Of a DNA stretch of 64,000 nucleotides, positions 40,927 through 52,833 are shown one piece after another (the stretch's first letter is position 1; each line of letters begins with the position of its first letter). The stretch covers positions 274,762 to 338,761 of the forward strand of contig NMRA01000367.1 of assembly GCA_002633005.1 (NCBI GenBank), written 5' to 3'. The notes beneath the pieces were generated by a model that was given only the letters and a program-made list of their open reading frames with translations, did no database searches and was not told where the DNA came from. The stretch comes from Phoronis australis (lineage: Eukaryota > Animalia > Phoronida). Both the position numbers and the translations under genes were made by a program.

Positions 40927-42372
40927 TGATCAGTGTAGATAAACTGGAGAGTTATGAACACTAGCAGTCACTGATCAGTGTAAATATAATGGAGATTCTG
41001 TCACTTGAGAAAGTCTAGTTGTAGTACGCCATGAAGCAGTTGACATGTATTGTGAAAATCAATGTGTTGTAGGATTAGTTGTGATAAGTAAATCATTTGA
41101 ACTGGTCCTCTACCTGTGTTGTTCTCACTCATTAGTGACCTATGGTCCTTTACTACTCAGGTGAGAACTCATTAATAGACCATTTTCATAAGTAAATTAG
41201 TTGTGTAATTTTCTCAATTATTTTTATTACATTGCTAATTGATGTTCTAGAAATACAATGTGTGTGGCTATAATTGTGATTAGTATTTCATGATATTGAG
41301 TAAACTTGATGAAATGTTATTGTATAGGTTTCAAATTTTGACACCTGGAGTTTGTCAAAATTCAATAGTTATGCTTTTGACATGCATCATCTTAGCACTG
41401 TGTGGTTCTATAGTTGTTACTGTGTAGGTTTATAAAATCTAACCACCCAGTGTGTGGTGAAAGGTGGTTGCTAGTTTTTATGTTCAATTTGTTTCTGCAC
41501 TAAAGTCGCAAAACGTCCAAAGTAATTCCGTTCAATAGGAAACAAATTAACATTGATTTGTGGCAGGTCACTCGAGCAGCGTGGGGATGGCAACAAGAGA
41601 TGGAAGAGCTCAAATAACCACAGGCATCCTTTGGAATTAGACACGTTAGATATAAATCTAATTTGAGGATGTAGCATCTAGCCAAAGGCATGACCAGGAC
41701 ATTGTGCTTGATGATAATGGTTAGTGTGTTTAATGCATTGCAGGTTAAGAGTTTTATTAAGTGAGCTTGTAAGTGATATCAAATCATTAAAAGCCTTCCC
41801 AAGTTGATATCATTGTAAGAAGAGTTTCAGTCTGATATTGCAGATATACTGTAAGAAGAGCATTCTGATTTAGTTTGGATCAGTGACAGATATAGATCAG
41901 AGTCAACCATATGATGTTTGATCTACTAAACATGTGCATACATATATTGGCAGTTTTGGGCCTGGTTTATCATGAACAGTGGTCACAGGGGTTCACATGA
42001 GGGTTCATATTCTGGGTTCACATGACGGGTCATACTTGGTTCACATGAGTGACAGAAAACTAGCATTCCAGGCAGATGTGCTGTTTGTTAAGCATTAGTT
42101 TCTGTACCAGTTGGTTTCTTTCTTCACATTCTTGACCACTTGCACTCTGCCATAAGCAGTAGTGCTTACAAAACTGTTAGTGAAAACGCCAACACAGTGC
42201 CATCAAACAGGACAGTAATCATTAGTATTACTGACAGTCTTGTTAGTGATGAAAGTGCCAACATATTTCGCCAGTTTGGGATGAAAATTTCTGGGTATAG
42301 ATTGATGTTAGGAATACTAGTTTTATTGCAGTGATATGATGTGATACTACTCTATAGATGATGAAACTTACA

Positions 42373-42502
42373 TGTCACTATGTGCTCCTGTCTCAAACCT
42401 TACTATCAGGACTAATTTAGAACTGTATAATGTACTTGTCACTATGTGCTCCTGCCTCAAACCTTACTATCAGGACTAATTTAGAACTGTATAATGTACT
42501 TG
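42373..42502. repeat. 64-bp tandem duplication
   Basis: tgtcactatgtgctcctg...gtataatgtact occurs twice. Confidence 0.9.
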
Positions 42503-43084
42503 CAAGACTGATGTCTACTGTATATTTTTATGCCACTCGATAATTGTCTTGTCTCTAGGGTTCCATTTTTTACGTTATTACGTTATCTCGTGATGGATAT
42601 GGGGGAATCCTTTTACAACTGACATAAAACCCTCAAGGGATTAACTTAATGTCCATAAATATTGCTAGTGGGGGGTTGGCCGTTAGCACCAGTCTGTATT
42701 GCAGTTACTGTGTTTAGCATGTAGCCAGTTGTTAACATATGCTTAATTATATTATTATAGACAATTACTTGTGAATTTTGACTCTTGTGGCATATTCCAT
42801 TTCATTGGCATCTACTTATTCATTCTTGGTTTTAGCACTGCTTTGATTCATGAGCTATGAGTCGCACTTAAACTATTTATTTTTATTGTTTTCTTTAACC
42901 TTGAAATATTTTTCATGTTTTTGTCAACAGTTCAGTGCATAGCAGTGTTCATATATGTTATTAAAACAAGTAACTATAACAACTGTTTTCCATTCTTAAT
43001 TTTCAGGAAATTGATAACTTGACCCTAATTCATCCCTGTTTGTGTTCAGTTGAAAATTACTGACAATTAGAAATTTATCTTAAA

Positions 43085-43661
43085 CTTTATTCATCTTTTT
43101 GAATAATGAAACACTTCCTAAATTATCCATGTTTTTGAATAGTGAAACACTTCCTAAATTATCTATCTTCTTGAATAGTGAAACATTACTTAAATTGTTC
43201 ATTTTTGAATAGTAAAACACTATCTACATTATTCATCTTTTTGAATAGTGAAACACTACTTAAATTATCCCTTTTTGAATAGTGAAACTCTATCTAAATT
43301 ATCCATTTTTTGAATCATGAAACACTACCTAAATTATCCACATTTTGAATAGTGAAACACTTCCTAAATTATCTATCTTCTTGAATAGTGAAACATTACT
43401 TAAATTGTTCATTTTTGAATAGTAAAACACTATCTACATTATTCATCTTTTTGAATAGTGAAACACTACTTAAATTATCCATTTTTGAATAGTGAAACTC
43501 TATCTAAATTATCCATTTTTTTAATCATGAAACACTACCTAAATTATCCACATTTTGAATAGTGAAACACTACCTAAGTTATCCGTCTTTTTGAATAGTA
43601 AAACATTACCTAAACTATTCATCTTTTTGAATAGTGAAACACTACCTAAATTATCCATTTT
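43085..43661. repeat. ~35-bp AT-rich satellite with a 210-bp higher-order unit
   Basis: Monomer tttttgaatagtgaaacactwcctaaattatcca; the block at 43141 recurs nearly exactly at 43351. Confidence 0.9.
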
Positions 43662-44441
43662 GTGACTTATGTTTTCTGACTTGTGTTTTTCTTAAGCCAT
43701 GTCCTCTCACTATATTACAAGCATTCGTGCAGTTTATACTGTAATAAATTGTCTGCAACTACCTCCTGTACTCCGGAATGCATGAAATACGGTATGTCCA
43801 GTTTCTCAATTTCTTGGATTTTGAGAGCAAAAATGGATAGACACTTATTTTTAAGTAATTTATTCCAGTGGACACTATTTTGTTATTGTAGCAGTAAATC
43901 AGGTTGGTAATATTTGATACGCTGGTCATACATAGATTGGTTGCTCAGTCAAACAGTGCCCTTGTGTTGTAAGTGCCTAAGATAGTATAAAAGTGTGTTT
44001 AATGTGCAATTATTAATGGGCATGTTGTGTCAAGCTGTGCTCTCAAGCCTTGTGGGACATTGGTGCTGCAACCTTAAGTTGATCCCATGGGTCTAACGTG
44101 TTCTTGGAACAGTTCACGAGGCTGTTGAATTTGTTCTTCACACCCGCTCACCTTTCACTTTATCTGATGCTTAAACTTTGACCTGCAGTGTGTCTGTGTG
44201 GGATAAACTGTTGGAAAGTTGAATCTCTGTGGGTGGAGGGAACTTGAACAATATTTATGCTGGGGCATGCCTCTCAGATACCTAGTACTTTGCACAGTTC
44301 AGTGGTCCTGTAAACAATGCAATTTTAGACAGACCAAGGTGTGCAACACGGAGACCACAGTTTTTGTTCTTATGGTAAAAACATTTAAAGACATTTTTGT
44401 ATTGCATTGTTTGGTGTCTAGTTACTGTGAAATTTCACCCA

Positions 44442-45590
44442 CTATATTCGCCGTAATAACCGCCCATGCCCCTATAAGCGTCCCCCCACGCGTTTTCAGA
44501 CTTTGTTAAAATTAGCACCTAGTCCATGAACGTGTACGTGCGAAAAATGCCTTACCTACAGTCCTAAAATTCTACAGTAACGTCATCAATTTATCAATAA
44601 TATCCGACAGTCCTGAAAAAATCATTGTGCGCAGAATTTGTAGACCACGAGCCTCGCCACTATGTCGGTATTTAGCCGTGACTATACACTTCAAACTTCC
44701 GCCATGCCTCAAAACGAACACAAAAATTTTGCTGATCTTGCGAGGACCAATGGTCCGGCCTTTCAGAACAGACGTAGTGTACTTGTCTGCGGGATTGCTT
44801 TGTAGATACGGTATTTCCCGCTTTCAACAGGAATCCAAATCTCTTTGCACACGTGAAAACCGCGAATAGAAGACTAATAAAAAGCTTGGCCAGTGTTAAA
44901 AGCACATGGCCAGGAAGCGTGCTACATACATGAACCTGTAATCAAAGACATTAGTCTGGATCTATCCATTCATGAAACGGGTAGCATAGCATCAGCAAGA
45001 AATGAATATTGGAACTAATTTCCGACAGTTTTTAATACTATAAAAATGTTTGCATTATTTTCAACTTCAAAACAAACATTATGTGACAAGAACATGCGTG
45101 TTCGTCCAGACATTTTTCTCATGTTGCCGATCATACATGTAGATGGCACGATGTAGCACAGATTTGTACACCTGCTGTTAACCTTGACTCCACGGGAACT
45201 TGAAAATCTTAGTGGCGCTACTTAGAAAACTTAAGGAGGATTTCAGGTAATTTGCTCGAGTCGAAACTGTATTTTTATTCAAGCATTCAAGTCGCCATAT
45301 TGACGATTGCGAGGCAGTCAGTTGGCGAATTTTCGCCCTGGGATTTCATCACCATTTTCTGTAAAATGATGGTAATTTAGCAGCAAAGTTTGATAGCAAT
45401 GCACCATGGTTTTGTAGTACGTCTTTCATATATTACAGATACGGCACAGAGTGTAAATGTGATGAATCTTAGCTTCCGATTTCACCCGTTTCGGAGACCA
45501 GGTTTCAACGGCCTTGGGTTATAATGAGCGTCCCCCCCCCTTGAAACGAACTTTTCTAAGCGCCCTGGGTGGTTATTACGGCGAATACGG
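44442..45590. mobile_element. pogo/Tigger-like non-autonomous DNA transposon (~1.15 kb)
   Basis: 25-bp TIRs ctatattcgccgtaataaccgccca / tgggtggttattacggcgaatacgg, and subterminal agcgtcccccc direct repeats at both ends. CpG-rich, with no transposase ORF seen. Confidence 0.8.
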
Positions 45591-47004
45591 CATTTAGGTT
45601 ACATTCAATTGAAATTTGATTTCTTTAATTTTTCCAGTTAAATATTTTTTTCAAGATCAATAACCTGGCTACCACAAGAAACAAAGAAACTGGACATTCA
45701 CTATAACTTAAGATGTCACTGAAAACTGAAGGAATGCTTAGATTGGTAGTTATTTTTGTTTGAAATCGATGAGATTTTGGGAAAGTGTGCTTTGAAAGAC
45801 TACTTCTTGCCCTCTGTAGTCTGTCTGCATCACTCATTAGACTGCTTACTTTGGCCAAGTTAACTCTTGCAGTGCCATGCAAATAATTGTCAAAAACTTT
45901 GTAGTGCAACTGGATAAATAGAATTCAAACTATGAGTAGAGGGAGAGATGACTGGAATACTAATACTTGAGCCAGCATGCAGGACGTAGGCCAGGTGTGG
46001 ACCTACTAGGTATAAGAACTGTTGTTTTACGTACTAGGATATTTTTCTTATAGTCTTTGTAGTCTAACACATAATACTGATATCTGCTTTGTCGGCTAGT
46101 GTTGAACTAATTGATTTCTGATTTCTCCTATATTCCTTTTTCTGGCCCATCATTATTTGTTTTCAGTTGGTTGGAGTTGCAGTAATGTCTAGATTCTGTT
46201 TTGTTAATAGTGATTATGTGTTGTTTCAATTGCCGACAGCATAATTAAGTATTAACCAGCGGTGTTGTTTGATGGATTAAAGATTAATGAAAGAAACAGT
46301 GTTCAAGTAGAACAGTGTTCACAATATTCTGCTGTTTCAATATTACAAGATAATTTTGTCACAAGTAACCTCTTTAATCAGTAAGATATATTATAATTTG
46401 TCTGAATTTAAGCATGGACCTGCCATGGAGAAGTTTGTCCTAATTATAGTAGTAATTGTATTAGCATTATTCACTATCCAAGATAGATTGAATTTTCAGA
46501 TATTTTGATACAAGTTTGTGTTGTGTATTTGTGTGTGTGTTGCTCATGTGACTGTGCCAGCTACAGAATCAATAGACTTGTGATGGACTTTGAGGCCATG
46601 TACTACACTCGACCTCTTGGTTATTAATAACTTGAATAGCTGGAGCTTTGATTTAGCAAAAAATCTAACGCTTCATTAGGAATCAGATTACCAAGCACTT
46701 TTTGTGGCTGATAAAACTGTGTGGGCATGTTAGCAATCATTAATTCTATGTAGAAATGGTCTCTAGCAATCATTAATGTTATGTGCCAACGGTCTCTAAA
46801 TTGATAAGAAAAATTGATGGCAGTCAGTGGTTGTCAAGTTTCATAAATAGCTGAAGTGCAAGTGAGTTTGTGAGTTTGTATTGATCAACGTTGACTAAGT
46901 ATTTTTTTCACTCACAAAAAGTTTTGTGGTCACTCATCTGTTTCTTACCTGTCTTTTGCTTGTCTGTTAATCACGTAGCCCACTTGTTGGACCGGCCATT
47001 ATGG

Positions 47005-47306
47005 AGGTGCGCCAGCTAGGATTTGGTAACACTGTTTGACACAAAATATACAGTGGAGATGCGCCAGCTATGATTGGGTGGTGCTATTTGACACAGAATT
47101 ATACAGTGGGGATGTACTAGCTATGATTGGGTTGTGCTATTTGACACAGGGCAGTGGGGATGGACCAGCTATGATTGGGTGGTGCTATTTGACACAGGGC
47201 AGTGGGGATGGACCATCTATGATTGGGTGGTGCTATTTGACACAGGGCAGTGGGGATGAACCATCTATGATTGGGTGGTGCTATTTGACACAGGGCAGTG
47301 GGGATG
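47005..47306. repeat. 48-bp minisatellite, ~5-6 copies
   Basis: Unit ctatgattgggtggtgctatttgacacagggcagtggggatgracca(g/t). Confidence 0.9.
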
Positions 47307-47349
47307 AAGTTCTGGCAATAAATTCAATGTCAGATCTTCCATAGCACTT

Positions 47350-47552
47350 ATGTCTATGCTGAATTATAGAATTGAGATTCAGTTATGACTATGCTGAATT
47401 ATAGACCTGAGATTCATTTATGACTACGCTGAATTATAGACCTGAGATTCAGTTATGACTATGCTGAATTATAGACCTGAGATTCAGTTATGACTATGCT
47501 GCATTATAGACCTGAGATTCAGTTATGACTAAGCTAGGCTATAGACTTGAGA
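47350..47552. repeat. 35-bp minisatellite, ~6 copies
   Basis: Unit atgctgaattatagacctgagattcagttatgact. Confidence 0.9.
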
Positions 47553-47832
47553 GTACATGGTATATCATAAACAGTGAACAAAATTGATGTTCCCTGAAAC
47601 AAAGCATATCCTTATGTTGCCAGCACTTTCATTTGAACAATTGTGATGCTAAGCTCGATCACCTTTAGATCAAAGTACGTGGCCACTAAGCACTAGTCGT
47701 TACACCCTATGTTAATGTCCATCCAAGTCTTCACCTAAGTCATTGCTCAACTTAATTATCAAAACTAAATACTTGTCATTGAAAATGTTTTTTACGTGTG
47801 GCAATCTGAGAATCATAGAAATTCCCAAAATT

Positions 47833-47870
47833 GTGTGCGTGCGTGCGTGTGTGTGTGTGTGTGTGTGTGT
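47833..47870. repeat. (GCGT)n(GT)n microsatellite
   Basis: Direct reading of the sequence. Confidence 0.9.
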
Positions 47871-47894
47871 TTGCATGTGCCTACTACCAGCGCC

Positions 47895-48637
47895 ATCTAT
47901 TGCTGGGTTACCGAGTCTACTTGTCCATCACAAGATGTAGTCATTACCATGAGCTTATAACTGTGTTTATTAAAGGACCATACAGGCTGAAGACATCTAT
48001 TTGAATTTGTTGTTTGAAAATCTTTCAAATAAATCTCATTGATAGCCTGCTTTCATGGATTCGCTGTCTGTGTTTTGATATTGGGTGATGTATTGATGGA
48101 TTGGTGTATTGATATATTGATGATGTATTGATATATTTATAGCGTATTGGTTCTAGCTCCTGAAGACTGAGAGGCTTTATTTCTTTGGAAGTCTGTCATA
48201 GAGACTATTGTTGGTGGTAGTCTAATTGATTTGTGTTTGTGACTGTGAATGTCTGTATGCCGGGCNATCTATTGCTGGGTTACCGAGTCTACTTGTCCAT
48301 CACAAGATGTAGTCATTACCATGAGCTTATACCTGTGTTTATTAAAGGACCATACAGGCTGAAGACATCTATTTGAATTTGTTGTTTGAAAATCTTTCAA
48401 ATAAATCTCATTGATAGCCTGCTTTCATGGATTCGCTGTCTGTGTTTTAATATTGGGTGATGTATTGATGGATTGGTGTATTGATATATTGATGATGTAT
48501 TGATATATTTATAGCGTATTGGTTCTAGCTCCTGAAGACTGAGAGGCTTTATTTCTTTGGAAGTCTGTCATAGAGACTATTGTTGGTGGTAGTCTAATTG
48601 ATTTGTGTTTGTGACTGTGAATGTCTGTATGCCGGGC
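47895..48637. other. Apparent haplotype duplication (47895-48265 vs 48267-48637)
   Basis: 371-bp blocks with few SNPs joined by a single n. Confidence 0.85.
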
Positions 48638-49327
48638 ACCCCCTGTTGATTGTTAAGCAGTTACGATAATGATGCCACATGTCAGGTGCATTGGTGAAAC
48701 ATTCACTTGAGTCTTAGCTGTGACCGTCATGTGCACCAGTAATCTTTATATCTATCCTCCAACTGTGTGGATTACCCTTGTGCAATTCTATCTCTATACC
48801 ATGTTCTTGGTTTAAACACAGAGTGACAACAACATATTGGTTCTTCCCTGGCAATCAACCCTATTTGGCTGCATACTTCGGCTTAGCCAGTGAATGTGGA
48901 CACCGGTGCACCACCTGTGGTCTAATGTCACATTGTTTCACCTATAATGATGCTAATAGTCTAATGTTTGCTCTAAACTGCCTTCCTCCATTTAACCCAC
49001 AGGTGAAGCTAAATTCCGCATCTTATCGTTTAATAAAAGTAAGTAGAGTCAGAGGTCATGCAAAATACCAAGCATTAATATGAACTCTGCATTTTTCAGC
49101 TGAGTATACCTGGGTTTGATGTGTCTTTGTCATGTACTAGAGATGTTCTTTGAAACATGCAGGGTTTGTATAGGAATGCTTGGAGAATGGTACTTAATAT
49201 GACCTTAAGGTGTCAGCACTAGTCAGTCCTATAAGATATTGACTCTTAGTTTGTGATCAAGATTTTATTATAGTTCAGTTTAAGCTAACAAATATAACAT
49301 ACTTCTGACATTTGGGGTTGAGAGGAT

Positions 49328-49510
49328 TGAGACTGTTCTCAGTTTCATGGGAGAGAACATCCTTCATTATCCTGAGACAGTCCTCGGTTTCGTGAGGGAG
49401 AACATCCTTCATTATCCTGAGACAGTCCTCGGTTTCATGGGAGAGAACATCCTTCATTATCCTGAGACTGTCCTCAGTTTCGTGAGGGAGAACATCCTTC
49501 ATTATCCTGA
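49328..49510. repeat. 45-bp minisatellite, 4 copies with alternating variants
   Basis: Units alternate between catgggagag and cgtgagggag cores (90-bp period). Confidence 0.9.
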
Positions 49511-49835
49511 CCTATTAGCTTTGTATACACATTGGCCATATTTCAATGGGTGTCATACATACAATTGTCCGCTTTATATGTATGTATGTTTTTATGTGGT
49601 CTCTAAAACATAGCTGTGTGGCTGTCCATGTAAAATTTACTGGTTTGAGTGTAAGAGGTCTTTGTGTGGTCACACTGTGTGATATGTTGGAAGTTGTGTT
49701 ATATTTTTTAATTTAAGTTGTTACTGTAGTAAAATATTCATCTGCAAACTTAACAAGTTCTTATTGGACATTCACATATAACAAGGTGTGTGCTGATTGG
49801 ACAACTGTTCACTGTGTTTCTTCTGTGTTTTACAG

Positions 49836-49916
49836 AGTCTCCAAGACTGCTGGAGTTGCCAATAGATCACAAAGTTGTAGAAGACAGAACAGTCAGCTTC
49901 TTCTGCAAGGCCTCAG
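49836..49916 (+). CDS. Lar: Second coding exon: N-terminal part of Ig domain 1 of LAR-type RPTP
   Basis: Acceptor ttcttctgtgttttacag and donor CAG|gtaaac; 81 nt, phase 1-1. Encodes (E)SPRLLELPIDHKVVEDRTVSFFCKAS(G), the I-set A/A'/B strands with the first Cys, resembling Dlar PPEIIRKPQNQGVRVGGVASFYCAARG (recalled sequence). Confidence 0.9.
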
Positions 49917-50804
49917 GTAAACACTCACTATGGTAATACTCACTATAGTTGTGTTCCTCTAACAAGTCAACTTTTGAGTTTGACCACTCACCTCAAGATA
50001 CTTATCTTCCTGCATTTTAATGTGTTTTCAAATGTGATTAAGAGACGAATTGTTCTAGTTGTCAACAATAGAAGCATTGTAATTTAGAGTTTGAAGTCTA
50101 CAAAATGATTCTAATTCATTCCCTGGTGTTACTCGTACATAACGACAATTCCCACACGAAAGCCCGAGCATAAGCTTAGTGAATTGTGACCTCATCACAT
50201 TATGGCTCTGTGATTGGTCATTTGTTCACGATACCAAAAATAACTTTGTAAGTGTTTTCAAAAAAGGTGCTCTAAAACATGTTTTTCTCTTTTGTTGAGA
50301 ATATAAATTGTCAAGACGTACTCAAAACAGTTATGCTGCATACAGGTGCAACAAATGTACCATTGAGGACAAGTGATTATGCACCTGCGTTGTTTGTTTA
50401 TATTGTGCAAAATTTTCCTATAAACTTTTTCTGTAGTGAAGTGAAAGATCTGTTACTGAAGATGTAATGTCTTGCAATGTTTCTGATCTAATGTGGCTGT
50501 TATCACAATGAGATTTGTGTCATTGTTTTTGTAAAATAAATGACCAATTAATGCATCAAATTTGGCAGAATAATGTGATACTAAGCGTTGAGCCTTGCGG
50601 AATTAGAGAGATGTAGAAGAGAATATAGACATTTTAGTAGCAGATATTTGTTGTTAATTACCAAAAATTGAGAATGTAGTTCATTAAATTGACAATTCTG
50701 GCCCCCAGTCATTCCACGCGCATGTGGGAATTTCAAAAAGCTTGTCTTGAATTCAACATTTTTAAAAACATATTACAATAAAGACACTAACCACAATCTG
50801 TGTA

Positions 50805-50963
50805 CTCTTTCTAAAAGCAATTATTATTTTCTTCTATGTATGGATGGAGTGTATGTTTTTGCGCCATCTAGTGGCCATTTTTATGATACAAATAAATAAA
50901 CCTAAAAGCACACCATTTGCGATACATTCGTGGGCGCATTTTAACGCTCCGCGTTGCTCTTGT
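50805..50963 (+). mobile_element. 3' fragment of the HINE-like family in the intron between the Ig1 exons
   Basis: Aligns by eye to 3655-3812: tgcgccatctagtggccattt...gatacaaa...cctaaaa...accatttgcgat...gggcgcatttt aacgctccgcgttgctcttgt. Confidence 0.7.
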
Positions 50964-51107
50964 GGTACTGTAAAGTTTTTACAATATTATTAGTTTACCT
51001 TCAGAATAACCAAAAATGTGTAATGTATTGAATACATTATGGTACTGTAACGTTTTGCCGTCATCTGTAAATAAATTTGTCTGGTGTACGTAGTGTTGTA
51101 CCTGCAG

Positions 51108-51335
51108 GTCACCCGGCTCCAAGGTTTACATGGAAGCGCAACAACCGATTGATCAACACACAAATGTCAAGGTTCTCACACATGGACATCTATGACATGC
51201 CTCTTGGCTCTGTACTACGTATCACTACAGCCAAACATCGTGATGATGGCCAATTATTCTCATGCCATGCAGAGAATGGTGTAGGAGAACCAGTTAGTGC
51301 TTCAGCAAGACTCACTGTCTATAAACGAACTCATG
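51108..51335 (+). CDS. Lar: Third coding exon: remainder of Ig domain 1 of LAR-type RPTP
   Basis: Acceptor cctgcag and donor G|gtaagc; 228 nt, phase 1-1. Encodes (G)HPAPRFTWKRNNRLINTQMSRFSHMDIYDMPLGSVLRITTAKHRDDGQLFSCHAENGVGEPVSASARLTVYKRTH. It has the Ig Trp and second Cys, and closely matches Dlar Ig1 motifs as recalled (SILRI, RDD, CVAENGVGDAVSADATLTIY). Confidence 0.92.
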
Positions 51336-51753
51336 GTAAGCTATAGTCTGTCTGATCAAAGGCCTTTCTTTAATCTATATGTTTTCAGTTTGCTTCCTAG
51401 GGCAGCAATCTGGCTGAGTTGTATGCAGGGCTTTGGGTCATAGGTGCTACATAAAGTGTAGCACCAAACTATACTAGTCCTAAGTAATGGTGCTATAGTA
51501 AATATTAGCCATGGCTTGTTCAGTCCTTGGGTAAATAGCTACTGTAGTAGAACAAGTGAAACACTCAACACTAAGGTCAAAATAATATATAGTTGGTTAC
51601 ATAAAAGAAAAAATGCCCTCTTGCATCGGCCTTTAACTTTATTGAAAGCCTCAGAAATGCACCATGGTTTGCTAAGACAACCACATTCACTTCACAATTG
51701 TCAGTAAGTCAGAAAAAAGAGAACAACTCCTACTCCTTGTACTCATCTTAGGC

Positions 51754-52833
51754 AAATTCTTTTGGAAAGACAAAAACAGCCCAGAGCTCAGTTATGGTCA
51801 TATATACACATATATATGTATATGTATATATATATTATATATATATATATATACATATACATGTAGGCTACATGTGCATGGGTGTCCAGCATGCATAGCA
51901 TTTCCCATTTCCTTTCTGGTATATTGTTATACATATGGTGATCATCGACTGTGGGACAAATTGGTAGAAGTGTTACTGGACAGTGATGGGGGTGTCACCA
52001 AGTAATGATGGGGGTGTCACTGGACAGTGATGGGGGTGTCACCAGACAGTGATGGGATTGTCCCCAGACAAGAATGGGGGTGTCACCAAACAACGATGGG
52101 GGTGCCACCAGACAATGGTGGAGGTCTCCCCAGTATGATGGTGGTGTCACCAGGTAGTTGCTTTAAGCACCTTTGTATACCTAAGTATAATATTTAGAAT
52201 TTGGTATCTCAATCATTAAGTCCGTTCCATCGAAATGTTTCAAATAATGATCGTCTCTTGAATCTGTGCTGTATGCAATGCACAGGGTGGACGCTTGTTT
52301 GANAAATTCTTTTGGAAAGACAAAAACAGCCCAGAGCTCAGTTATGGTCATATATACACATATATATGTATATGTATATATATTATATACATATATATAC
52401 GTATACATGTAGGCTACATGTGCATGGGTGTCCAGCATGCATAGCATTTCCCATTTCCTTTCTGGTATATTGTTATACATATGGTGACAAATTGGTAGAA
52501 GTGTTACTGGACAGTGATGGGGGTGTCACCAAGTAATGATGGGGGTGTCACTGGACAGTGATGGGGGTGTCACCAGACAGTGATGGGATTGTCCCCAGAC
52601 AAGAATGGGGGTGTCACCAAACAACGATGGGGGTGCCACCAGACAATGGTGGAGGTCTCCCCAGTATGATGGTGGTGTCACCAGGTAGTTGCTTTAAGCA
52701 CCTTTGTATACCTAAGTATAATATTTAGAATTTGGTATCTCAATCATTAAGTCCGTTCCATCGAAATGTTTCAAATAATGATCGTCTCTTGAATCTGTGC
52801 TGTATGCAATGCACAGGGTGGACGCTTGTTTGA
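51754..52833. other. Apparent haplotype duplication (51754-52302 vs 52304-52833)
   Basis: Joined by a single n; the copies differ in (TA)n length and a 15-bp indel. Confidence 0.85.
51978..52153. repeat. ~19-22-bp G-rich minisatellite (duplicated at 52508-52684)
   Basis: Unit gacagtgatgggggtgtcacca. Confidence 0.85.

Noticed and set aside
50147-50733. Degenerate inverted similarity (gcttagt..atcacattat..attggtcattt versus its reverse complement near 50535-50590; aattcccaca / tgtgggaatt)
   Set aside because: Probably a decayed TIR element, but too degenerate to set boundaries by eye.
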